Positions 53,401 through 64,000 of a DNA stretch of 64,000 nt are shown here, piece by piece. Below the pieces are notes generated by a model. It was given only the letters and a program-made list of their open reading frames with translations, did no database searches and had not been told where the DNA came from. Numbering within the stretch: the first letter of the stretch is position 1; every line of letters begins with the position of its first letter. The translations under genes and the position numbers were made by a program. Origin of the DNA: Takakia lepidozioides (Eukaryota; Plantae; Bryophyta); assembly GCA_030704615.1 (NCBI GenBank), contig CM060734.1, forward strand, positions 1,054,001-1,118,000. The letters are read 5' to 3'.

Positions 53401-54628
53401 CACTCGAGTGGAGGAAAAGGTGGGATATAATGGCCTTTTAAATTTTAGTTAGAGTGAATCCAGGCATTCTTCATCAAATAGGGATTTTTTGAAATGAAAG
53501 GGAAGTCACACTTTTGTAACTGCAGATTATAGCTCCTTCCTGACTTCTAACAAGATACGTCTGTTAAATGTACTGCCAATGTGTTTCAGTTAGGTTGACT
53601 CTCATGCCCAGATTCGGTCTGATGTATTTGTGGTGTTTTCCCAGCATGGTCTGGAAGCTCTTCCTGGACTTGGTGTTGTTGCCAGCTGCCTTGATGCTGT
53701 GAGTATTGCCCAATTGAATTGGAATCCATAACCTATTTGATACTGGAGAGAAGAAAAGAAAACTGATTTCAACTCTTCACATGCAATCTTTCCTTTTCCT
53801 TACATGAGCTGGTTGTTAACTACACCCATGGCCAACACCAGCAACTTTAAAAGCAGTCTAAAAGCTCTGCACTTTTTGTAAGGTCCAGATCAAGCATGGG
53901 GACACATGGCGTGGAAACTGAAAATATTCCATGGTGGGGATTGGTGGTTCTGATTGAAAGCATGATGTATGCAGGCAAGTGGAGATCACCGTGGATATGC
54001 GCCAGCAAATGAGGTGATCAATATTATTGGCCCCTCTCGTAACGGAGCCGCGGCCAGTGGACGAGGTGGACATAGGGATAATTATGGGGCAGTGTAACCT
54101 CCATGATGAGAGTCAAACTAAATGACCGCTGAAGCTTGTCAATACACTTGCATGGAGTTATGGATGATTTGTTGACAAGAAACTAATTCTCCAAGTGTAA
54201 GAGAAAGGCGGAATTAGGTGGATGATCTTTACCAGTGGCTGGCTACATCCATGCTGATTGACTATAATTTTCTGTGTACTTAACAACGCCCTTCAACAAG
54301 GCCCTTGCCTGCAGTCTCCTCAGGTGCTCTAATGAGGACCTCCAGAAAGTAGATTATGGAGTGCGAGTAGTCATGGTAGTCATGGAACGGCCACACATCA
54401 TCCTGTTCAGGCTGAAAGTCTGTCTGGGAAAAGCAGGTTGGTCATCAGGCAACAGCCCTTATGCAGCCAATATTCCTAGCCATTCTGTTATGTTCATTCT
54501 GTTATGTTGATTCTGTAACGTGTATGCATTGTTCCATTCTGAATTGAAACGGAGGTGGTTGGTTCCTAACACTTCTCTACTGTGGTAGATGACAGTTGTT
54601 GCAAAATCATCAGAATGTGAGGCGGTGT
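50492..54628 (+). other. Possible short exons of an unidentified host gene
   Basis: AG-flanked open segments ending in GT donors, e.g. ~52063-52147 (FGTQQSRVYLYFTAPVIFASSIDKPSFK), 52903-52995, 53593-53698 and 54411-54436. No family recognised. Confidence 0.3.
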
Positions 54629-54933
54629 GTGTGTCACATAAACCCTGGTTTTCTGTAATGGATTTGAGAATATCGCAGAATCAATTGTGGATATCCATAT
54701 TGGGCTGTGTCACAGCCAACCTTCTTGTCCTGCTCAATTGCACCAGGATAACAGCCCTGCATAAGTGATCTGTCCTTCTCTCATCACCTTCAACCCTCCC
54801 TCCTGGGAAATGCAGTCTGCTCATGATATTACATCCACGATAGCCAATCGTCATGGGTAGTTCTGTCACTGATATACAAAAGGAACTTGTTACAGTACAG
54901 AATTTGGGTGATCTGAATGAATTGCATCAATCT

Positions 54934-56044
54934 AGGTTCACCCTTTCAATCAATTTTGATTGATCTGATACTCAACAGGTACCTCTGACAAGGTATGTCC
55001 AACACACTCGCAAAGATTGAAAGCAATACAAAAAATCATTTGAACGGCGAACGATGGGTTCACCCTTTCAATCAATTTTGATTGATCTGATACTCGACAG
55101 GTCCTTCTGACAAGGTATGTCCAACACACTCGCAATGTTTGAAAGCAATCAAAAATCATTTGGACAGCGAACGATGGGTTCACCCTTTGAATCAATTTTG
55201 ATTGACTTGATACTTGAGAGGAGCCTGTGACAAGGTATGTCCAACACACTCGCAAAAATTGAAAGCAATAAAAAATCATTTGAACAGCGAACGATGGGTT
55301 CACCCTTTCAATCAATTTTGATTGATCTGATACTCGACACGTACCTCTGACAAGGTATGTCCAACACACTCGCAAAGATTGAAAGCAATCAAAAATCATT
55401 TGAACATCGAACGATGGGTTCACCCTTTGAATAAATTTTGATTGACCTGATACTCGACAGGTCCCTCTGATAAGGTATGTCGAACACACTTGCAATGTTT
55501 AAAAGCAATCCAAAATCATGTCACCAGGGAACGATGAGTTCACCTTCTGAGCCATTTTTGGTTCACCTGATACTTGAGAAGAGCCTATGACAAGGTATGT
55601 CCAACATACTCACAATGTTTAAAAGCAATCAAAAATCATTTGAACAACGAATGATGGGTTCACCCTTTGAATCAATTTTGATTGACCTGATACTCGACAC
55701 GTACCTCTGACAAGATATGTCCAACACACTCGCAATGTTTGAAAGTAATCAAAAATCATTTGAACAGCGAACGATGGTTCACCCTTTGAATCAATTTTGA
55801 TTGACTTGATACTTGAGAGGAGTCTGTGACAAGGTATGTCCAACACACTCGCAAAGCTTGAAAGTAATAAAAAATCATTTGAACAGCGAATGATGGGTTC
55901 ACCCTTTCAATCAATTTTGATTGATCTGATACTCGACATGTACCTCTGACAAGGTATGTCCAACACACTCGCAAAGATTAAAAGCAATCAAAAATCATTT
56001 GGACAGCGAACGATGGGTCACCCTTTCAATCAATTTTGATTGAC
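54934..56044. repeat. Tandem satellite, ~120-bp unit, about 9 copies
   Basis: Recurring ggttcaccctttcaatcaattttgattga...gacaaggtatgtccaacacactcgcaa every ~120 bp. Confidence 0.95.
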
Positions 56045-56970
56045 CGGAGGCCTTGTTTTAAACAGCTGCAGAAAACTCTATAATGCATACAGCATGAACG
56101 TATGGTTCGCGCACAAAGGAACTGGTAAGTGTGTGTAAGCCCGCGGTGCTTGCAAACAGTGTGCGAGAGAGAAGGTCTGCTGCTCTTGTCCTTCTTTGTG
56201 CCACTGCGTAAGGAGTAAAGCTAGCGTGTAATCCGTAACGCCCGCCATAGCTGTTAGGCTATAGCCCTTCAATGCACCCCCTTTCTCGGCAGTGGTTATC
56301 GGGGATAACACCGACTCGTCCGCTCAAAACCCTCTTGATTTCTTGATCTTGTTTCTTAAGTGGAGTTACATTTATAGTTCCCTCATCGTTGATTGGTCGT
56401 ATGGTCATTAGGTAATTTTTCATAATTACCTTGTTCATTTCACAAACTGCTTTTGTATGACCAACATATCTACATATTCGACAACGGTTACCCCTTATTG
56501 GAGTACATGCAATGCGGAGAGCCCCTCTCCTCAGGCACATGTTTGAGTTCAAACACCCTTCCATCACTTTCTGGCCTCGTGGCAATTTTCCCGAGAATAC
56601 TTCCTAATTGTTTTTTGACTTTTTGGTCCTTTCGTCATTGTTAACACGTGACCACCTATCACCGTCCCTATGGCATGTGTGGCCTGTGTGGCATGTGCTA
56701 GCCTGTGCTGGCTATGAGAATCCCTGTGTTCTCTCATATGACCATGCACATGAGGCGTTATGGCATGCACTGACACTCAGGAGGCTCGACCCATTTGTCT
56801 CCTCTTTTCACTACTTGCATCTCTTCAACTACACGACACAACATTTCAAAAATAGTTTAAATCACTGCTCTATCGCAGCAATATCGAAGGTATCGCAGGC
56901 TATATCGATGAGAAAGATATTATAAAGTTTTGAAAATTGTCATTGAGTCAGAAATTCCTATTATTCTACA

Positions 56971-57938
56971 ATACTGCCCTCCACAACTCCGAACTAGCAG
57001 CAGCTGAACGTCTGTTGAAAGAGGAAGAGGCATCCTCGGAGGATGAGGAAGAATCCGAGAAGGAACAGGGGGAGGTACAAGTTGGGATCGAGGCCGAGGA
57101 GCCCCTCGGTTTACGAGTGAGTGGTCGCATTGTAAGTTGCCTCCTGATTTCGTGAGGCACCTCCCTTCGCTCTCTTATTTCATTGGCCGACCCTTTCTGC
57201 TTCTGCTGGTATTGACATTCTTGAAGTGGATTTGTTCTTACTGCAGGATGTCAAGTACTACAGGAGGGACGTCTACACCACAGTTCATGGGCAGGGAGAA
57301 CGTGTCTTTTTTTGCCAGGGGGGATTTCATGCCGAGTCCAGAAAGGGACTACATCCTTCCTACTTATGCTGCCCGGTTTGCTTCGGTGTCCATTAGGAGG
57401 TCTTCCGAACCTAGTCGTGTACAACAGATTTTAGACGAGGCAAGCCTCAAGAAAATAAAGATGAGGGAGGAGGCAACAGCTATTAGAGCTCGTTAGGCTC
57501 ATAGATTTGTCTTGGATTCTGCTGAGGAAAGTGGGGGAGAAGAGGCAGAAGATTCCCAGGAGATGAGGTGGACAGTCCCCCAAGGAGAGGACGGTATTTT
57601 TGAGAGGCATAGTGGAACTAATGCATCTCAGAGCTCAGAGGATGGGGGGGATGAGGGGGATGAGGAGGAAGGTGGGGCAAGTTCCTCGGAGGGTGTAGGA
57701 GAGTAGTGCCTATTCCGGCTATGACAGTTAGGACACACTTGTATAGATGTGGCTTGCCACAAAATTTGCAATAAAATGTTGCATTTCATTGCTATGACGA
57801 GTTCAGTGGTGCCACATTCCAGCTTCAAATGACCCTATTTCCGTGCCTCATAACCTTATTTCCGTGGACACACAATTGTCCGCTCATGCATTTTTTTTTT
57901 CCGCTCATGCTCATGCCGCTCATGAAATAGCAGCCCCC
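56971..57938 (+). mobile_element. Truncated right arm of the copy-1 MULE family (last MTase-gene exons plus TIR)
   Basis: Closely similar to 1277-2227; premature stop at ~57494. Confidence 0.85.
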
Positions 57939-58514
57939 CACTAGGTATCCCACAATTGCTGTTTGCTGCATCTGAACCCATTTCCCTTTGTTCATGAACT
58001 ATATCGTTAGGGCTCAGCAGCAGCTCGCATGTGCATACCGTATATGTTTGAAACACATCCTCTAATTAACAGACATTGTTCCTATTTTGGGGAATATAGT
58101 TCTTCTGATGTTAGCTATTTCATGAGCATGAGCGGCATGAGCGGAGTAGTAAGACAATCGGTTTTCATGAGCAGAAGTTCAAAATTTGGAATTAAAAATA
58201 TTATTTTAATGGAATGTGTTAGAACAATAATAATATAATATTCATTGTGTGAAACTGAAATTGAAGTTAGCGGAGCCGTGCGCATGAAATTTTCTCTTGC
58301 GCTCATGGAAAATGCGAGCGACATCTGTAAATATGGCGCCGAATTTTGCGGTAATAGATTCCGCAACCTTGGAAAATGGCGACGTATTTCGTGGTAATAG
58401 GTGCATCTGGCGAAAAATGGCGCCGAATTTCGCGGCTATAGGTCCCTGGATGTCAAGTATGTTGGCCCCAAAATTGGAAATGCGGCACCGAATTTCAGGA
58501 GATGGTGACCAGGA

Positions 58515-61500
58515 CTGCCTGCTTTTGCTGATCCCGGTGTGCACAATGTGTACACACGTCCAATTCCCGGGCGAGGAACATCCTTGAATGATTGCACCGT
58601 GGCCTTCAAAGACTGAGCTAACTCCATCTTCTTACGAGCGAGTGCTGACCGTTTCTTCCGTTGGTATACTTTGTCCCATCTTTTCGTCGCGTACATGTCC
58701 GGATCCAGGTTATTGATATCTTCCGCAACACAGTCCCATTCACCTTGGGAATTGCCCACGTCCTCTGGGGGAACAAGTCAAAAGCCTGCTTTGGTCAAGG
58801 AGTCAACCTCCGCCTGACTTAGGTTCGTCCCAACCATCACAGGCCAAACGTCCGGAATATCAGGTCTGTCCAGCACATACTGGCTCGATTCGCCACCGAC
58901 ACAGTAGACGCTGTCTGTTGGGCAGTGTCAAATCTCCATCATCTTCGGTTTCACAAGGGCAAGAGGGTGGTGCCGACCAACAAACCTCGGAGCCGGAACA
59001 CCCAAACTCTAGAGTGGCCTGATTTCCTGTTTGCATGGCTTCCCAATATCAGAGCGCACTGCCCAGCACTTCATTGGTGATGTGTTGGAAGTTCGTGCTA
59101 TGTGCCAGCATGCCGTGGATACAGCCGACTCCAAAACTGGTTTTTTGTTTTGAACTGGAAGGTCATCCTCCAAAGTCTCCACTGACATGTCAGCAGTGCA
59201 TGTGCTCACTCTTGGTCCACCAGCACCTTCACGACGCCTCGGTGTCGTTCGGAGGTTTAAGTCAGACCTCCACGAGCAGGTTCCTCCTCGTGCAAGTTGC
59301 CGAGAACAATCTTCCGTTTTGTTGTTCGAGTTAGGAGATCACCCTCGAGCCCTGGATTTCTTCCATGAAGCTCAGTGCCATCTACGAAAGACCTGACCGC
59401 TTCTGCCATTTTAGCTGGATCAGACAATCGCGATGCCGCACGGGCCAGCAGTTGTGCTCGGTCGGGTCCGGAACCCTTAGTTTCACCCTTCAGATAACTG
59501 TGGTAGTCACACGATTGCATAATTGCCCTCGTCATGTCATTCCTAGTGGCTGTATAGAGGTCGACCTTTGATACACCGCTCCCGGCCTGCCAGCTCGAAT
59601 GCACGGCCTCGGACAGGTTCACATTTGGCATTGCAGCGTTCTTTTCTAGCTGAAGCATAGTCGGTGCAGACTATTAAATAATACAATTAGTGGAGGACCG
59701 AATCGTAGACCATAACCGCGTAGTCGTCGCCGACTACAAGTCCGACAAGATCCGACGACCGAGGCCATCCTGTCGAGAAAGCTAAAGTCGGTGCAGACTA
59801 TAGGCACCATAGACAATGCTGGACCATATACCATATACAGACGAAATGATAACGTCATAATCAGCAGGCTTTGTACTACAGAAATATCACTTACTATCTA
59901 ACAAGCAAGCGGCAGGGACGTAGTCGGTACCGACTATAACGACACGTTCAGTACATAGTGTACTGCGTGCACGTCCTGTACATAGTCGTTGCCGACTATA
60001 TGACTATACGAGTCTCATATAAAGACACCCATGTTCCAGTAACCGACCCTAAACCCTGAACCATCAAGCGGTACACACTATCAGTACATGCCAACTGCAT
60101 GAACCGCTTTCCTTTTCCGATGGCATAGTCGATGCTGACTATGCCACATTTTTCATGTACCCTCAAATGTGACCAAACCAATATACCACATATGATAGCA
60201 GTCTGTGAAAATATACCAATCCCATATAGTCGTTGCAGACTATAAGGTACATGTACCCTCTGGGTGCAAATATTATGCAAAAAAGGTGCATTTACGGATG
60301 ACGGGTGCAATAGTTGTTGCAGACTATATCGTTCAAGTTCATATCATGTCAGTTCTGCATATTCGTCAATGTAGCAAAGCGTCGAGTGGAAGCCGTTGTA
60401 CTGAAACTTATGACGTGCTCACGTGAGCGAAGGAACATGCGAGTAACGCACTTGGTTGAAATATAGCCTACCCAATACAGAACGTTCCAGAGATGTAATG
60501 CTCTAGTCAGTGCCGACTATGACACTGGGTTCGCTCACGTGAGCGGCATCACAGAATTGCATATACAGTGTTTGGAGAAACCGAAGACTTACATTGCGAA
60601 CATATGCTCCCAATTGGTAGTATCGGTATGTCCACCACGACAGCCAGCTTTCCAGTGCAGGAACGTCATCGTCTCGCACGACACCGGAGGAGGATCACCA
60701 GGCACGGATCGCCACAAATGAAACCTCTGCTTCCGCCTCTGAACTTGCTGCTCTCCATTTCGTACACAACTGAATATGTGTTTTTTGAAGGTCCTGCGAT
60801 ATGTATTTTTTCGTCCATTTGTCCAAGCTCTGGCCCCAATGGAAGCCACATGTCCTTTCTCAATCGGGCATAGGTTCCCCCCCACCATACACCATACGCA
60901 CAGCAGCCCAGTTGGCATTTGCATTGTCGGCCATGAATCCTCGGAAATGTGGTTGGCCCTTCCCTTCTCTTCGCATCTGATCGTTGATGCACTCCCACAT
61001 GATTACTTGTGATGCTGTATCCTCCGATTTCATTTCACAGATTGTGATCGTCATAATCTTCCGGTAATTCGGATGGTACACGTGACACGCCATTGTGCTC
61101 CAGCCATGTATTCGTTTGACGTTGTCGAACATAATCCAACTCGACCCCAACTCACCACCGGGCCGCATCATGTCCACCAAATGGACTCCACAGCCTTTTA
61201 CCAATAGTTGACATCTTGAAGATAAAGTATCTCTCGTCCACACTCCCTTGACCTGGAAAACGGCTCCCCTGGATATTGTCGTACCAGCTCCAACTTTTCA
61301 TTGTCATTAACACTTCCACATCGCTCCCAATCCCCATTGCCGCTTTTGTTTTCTGTGTCTCGTAACGAACACCACATCTGCTCACTACACCCACTTCCTC
61401 CATGAGCTCCTCGAATTGCTTATCAGATAGCTTCCAACTCTCCGTTGCACCAGGAGATAATACCTTCTCCATGACGATAGATTCAGCAACAGATAGCTGG

Positions 61501-61866
61501 ACTGATTTGGGCCTGGCTGAGGGTGACCTTTGGATCTCTTTCGCAATTGCACATTTTGCCTTTGCTGCTGCTTCTCGACACAGCCCAGGTGCAGTGGGGT
61601 GTGAGTGGTTCCCAATACGGACGGCTGCTCTGGTCATTGTTGGTGGACCAAGGACGTAAAACATTTTCGCGGGGCAAATGTGCATGCACGTGGGTGCATG
61701 ATTGCACACTGCGCATACAAAGGTGTTTGGTGGAACTTGGCTCTGTGGCTTGAACTGAGTAGATTAGACTAGTGAGGTGAGCTTGTGGATCACTAAACAC
61801 TTGACGTGGTGCAGGGCGTTCAAGAGCTTCGAGGAAATCGTGGTCAAGGTTTCCTTGGCATATCAC
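58515..61866 (-). pseudogene. Second Mutator-like transposase (GCM-like + DDE; SWIM missing)
   Basis: C..C..C...C..KMFYV..GNHSHP; FPGQG..FIFKMST; MFDNVKR; FMADNANAN; NVNLSE. Intron 59650-60592 is at the same position as in the 19760-22944 gene. Confidence 0.85.
59659..60520. repeat. Intronic array of about 9 palindromes ATAGTC-N6-GACTAT
   Basis: Copies at about 59659, 59720, 59784, 59920, 59982, 60125, 60226, 60310 and 60503. Confidence 0.85.
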
Positions 61867-62090
61867 CTAAGTGATACAAGATATGTTTAGAGGAAACTGC
61901 GGTCCAGGGTTCCCTGGCATATCACGTAGGTGATATAATATATGTTTGGGGGAAACCGCGGTCGAGGTTTCCCTAGCATATCACTTAAGTGATATAAGAT
62001 ATATCGAGAGGAAATTGCGAGCGAGGTTTCCCTGACATGATGGTATACCTTAATATGTCTGGAGGAAGCGCATTCGAGGTTTCCCTAGCC
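61830..62090. repeat. Four ~60-65-bp tandem repeats with internal palindromes
   Basis: ggaaaccgcggtcgaggtttcc and atatcacctaagtgatat units. Confidence 0.75.
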
Positions 62091-64000
62091 GCCAAAAAAC
62101 TCACTAACTAAGCCCCAAACAAACAAAACCCTCAACCGGCCGCCGCCCTAAAAGATCCTACCTCATCCATCCTAAATTCATCCATGGATAACAAACATGC
62201 TATGGAGCATGTAGCATGTAGCATGGGGCCTCGCATGGAGCATGGGGCGCTCATAGAGCATGGGGCATGGTGAGGAAAGGGCATGTGGCCCGATAGTGGG
62301 GCTGGTTGACTGTGCAGAAGACTTTATTATAGCCATTAATGAGTGGCTTCCTGTAGGGACAAGCCTCTCTTGAGGCTACCTAGATTACGAATATCCAGAG
62401 GCAACCTCCACCATGCTAACAATCTGACGTTTCTTTCATATGTAAGAGAAACGGGGCAATAGGGATCGTTTTAATGTGTAGGTTAAGTCCCCACCCGAGG
62501 GTGTACCTCGGTGTGAGGGGAGTGGGCGCAGCCCGAGGTCACAACACGAATACCAAGGTACCTGCCCGAGGGTGCGGGACTTACACTGCATAAAGACATA
62601 GGGTTTCTTTCCCGTTTCTTTTCGCTGTGGACGGCTCAGATTGTCAGAAAAGATGAGATTGTAAAGAAAAGATGGCGTGCATAATCTCCCACGGGACCTT
62701 ACGCGTAATCTCCCACGGGACAATTACGCGTAAGATCCCCCGCTCACTGATTCCGCCAGGTAAGCTCCCTGAAAATACAAAGAGAAGAAACCGGTAGATT
62801 TTTACGTAAGTGGGGCCTGCTGTCAGGTCCCTGTCCCCTCTGCACCGTGCGGCCTCATTACTACGAGGCCACACAAAATTGAGAGGCCAACAATTGCATG
62901 GTCACGGCAGCTGGTCCCACGCTCTGCATTTGCAGCCACCAACTTGTCTGGACTTACACAAGATAGACGCCGGCGCGAAATCTAGGGAACTATTCCTCAA
63001 ACTCCTGATTAGAGACGCTGCCGCAAATCTTTAGTAGGCTATCTTTACTTCGGGGCGAAGACTCTGTAATGTCAGACTATTAGGGCTGTAGCCCGTTTAG
63101 GCGATAATTAATTCAAAATGAAAGTGCCGAATCAATTCTGTGAATTTTTCAGATTTTGGCCTAATTGTTAGGAAATTATGGGACCAAAGTGCCTAATGCC
63201 CAAAAATTCCACCAAAAAACTTGCAAGCCTCTTCTTATGTTGTTTGTAATAAGATCAAAATTTCTTTGAACAAAAAAAAAATACAAATATATGCGTGCGG
63301 AACTAACTAGCCTACCACAACTCAAGAGGACCATTATGTAAGAGGTTTCACCATGCAACAGCATACCAATATGGAAACCAGTGTACCCAATGACCAATGT
63401 ATCAAAGCCCTGAACCGGTGCCTACCCAATGACCAATGTACCAAAGCCTTGTACCAACGTGCCTACACTATGGACTATCAATATTGAACTCACCTAAAGT
63501 GAGAGCAAAGTGAGAGCTTGCCTGTACCAGCTTGAGCCTTGGAACACCGGGTACAACAAAGAGGGGCATTTATAGGGTTTCAAAGGAAATGAAAGGTAGC
63601 TGGAGCCTGGAAGGGCCGGTGTCGATTTTGTAATTTTATTCTTAAGAAAATAAATGTTTTCTCTTCTCATGTGCCTAATTCTAAAAAATTATAGCATGAA
63701 GATGCCTAATTTGAGAAATTGTTTTCAAAACATGCCTAATTTTCTGATTGATTGATGTTATTATTAGGCGCAAAAATGCCTAAACGGTTGTCCATTGACG
63801 GTACACCCGTACGAAGACTGGACTACTGTACACGACTACACATTGCACGAAAGATAAGATTTTGGCATTACCAGGAGATCGTCCATGAGAGCCAGCAGAT
63901 CGACTGCTACACAGCGGACTACCAAACTTTGCATTCAGGATTTGCTTGGTTGTCTAAATGCTAAGGAGCAAAACCAAAGAAGATGATCACACACAAAGGA

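Larger units (their letters stand above)
58110..62090 (-). mobile_element. Transposase-bearing arm of a MULE element with the copy-1-type TIR
   Basis: gctatttcatgagcatgagcggcatgagcgg (58114-58144) is the inverse of the TIR motif at 2191-2220 and 57901-57931. Confidence 0.7.

Noticed and set aside
54950-55974. ORFs of 72-181 aa
   Set aside because: Translations of the 120-bp satellite.
56259-56585. Gene with a zinc knuckle (CRICRYVGHTKAVC)
   Set aside because: Isolated motif with no supporting context; probably a TE fragment.
59659-60520. CRISPR array (palindromic repeats with spacers); the same applies to 15389-16114
   Set aside because: Repeats are short and degenerate, spacing is irregular, spacers are partly related, the arrays lie in spliceosomal introns, and no cas genes are present.
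62660-62960. Solo LTR (TG...CA with flanking agat)
   Set aside because: Boundaries are ambiguous, the flanking match is only 4 bp, and there is no second copy, PBS or PPT.

Overview
Eukaryotic, intron-rich, transposon-dense DNA, probably from a non-seed land plant such as a bryophyte (inferred from the TE repertoire). The only confidently identified host gene is CDC20 (minus strand, about 36.1-40.7 kb). Most of the rest is nested TEs: CACTA, hAT, Mutator-like elements, a Gypsy/chromovirus remnant, RLE- and APE-type LINEs, and a 120-bp satellite. The main finding is a Mutator-like (MULE) DNA-transposon family. One full-length ~11.2-kb copy (12342-23562, imperfect TIRs, degenerate 8-9-bp TSD) carries a GCM-like/DDE/SWIM transposase transcribed divergently from a spliced gene encoding a ParB/Srx-like domain (DGNHR) fused to a beta-class amino (N4C/N6A) DNA-methyltransferase-like domain with a DIPDG motif IV. 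Three partial relatives lie at 1-2227, 56971-57938 and 58110-62090. Introns of these elements hold arrays of 18-22-bp palindromes (core GTC-N6-GAC) that could be parS-like binding sites. All calls are by eye; no database searches were run.
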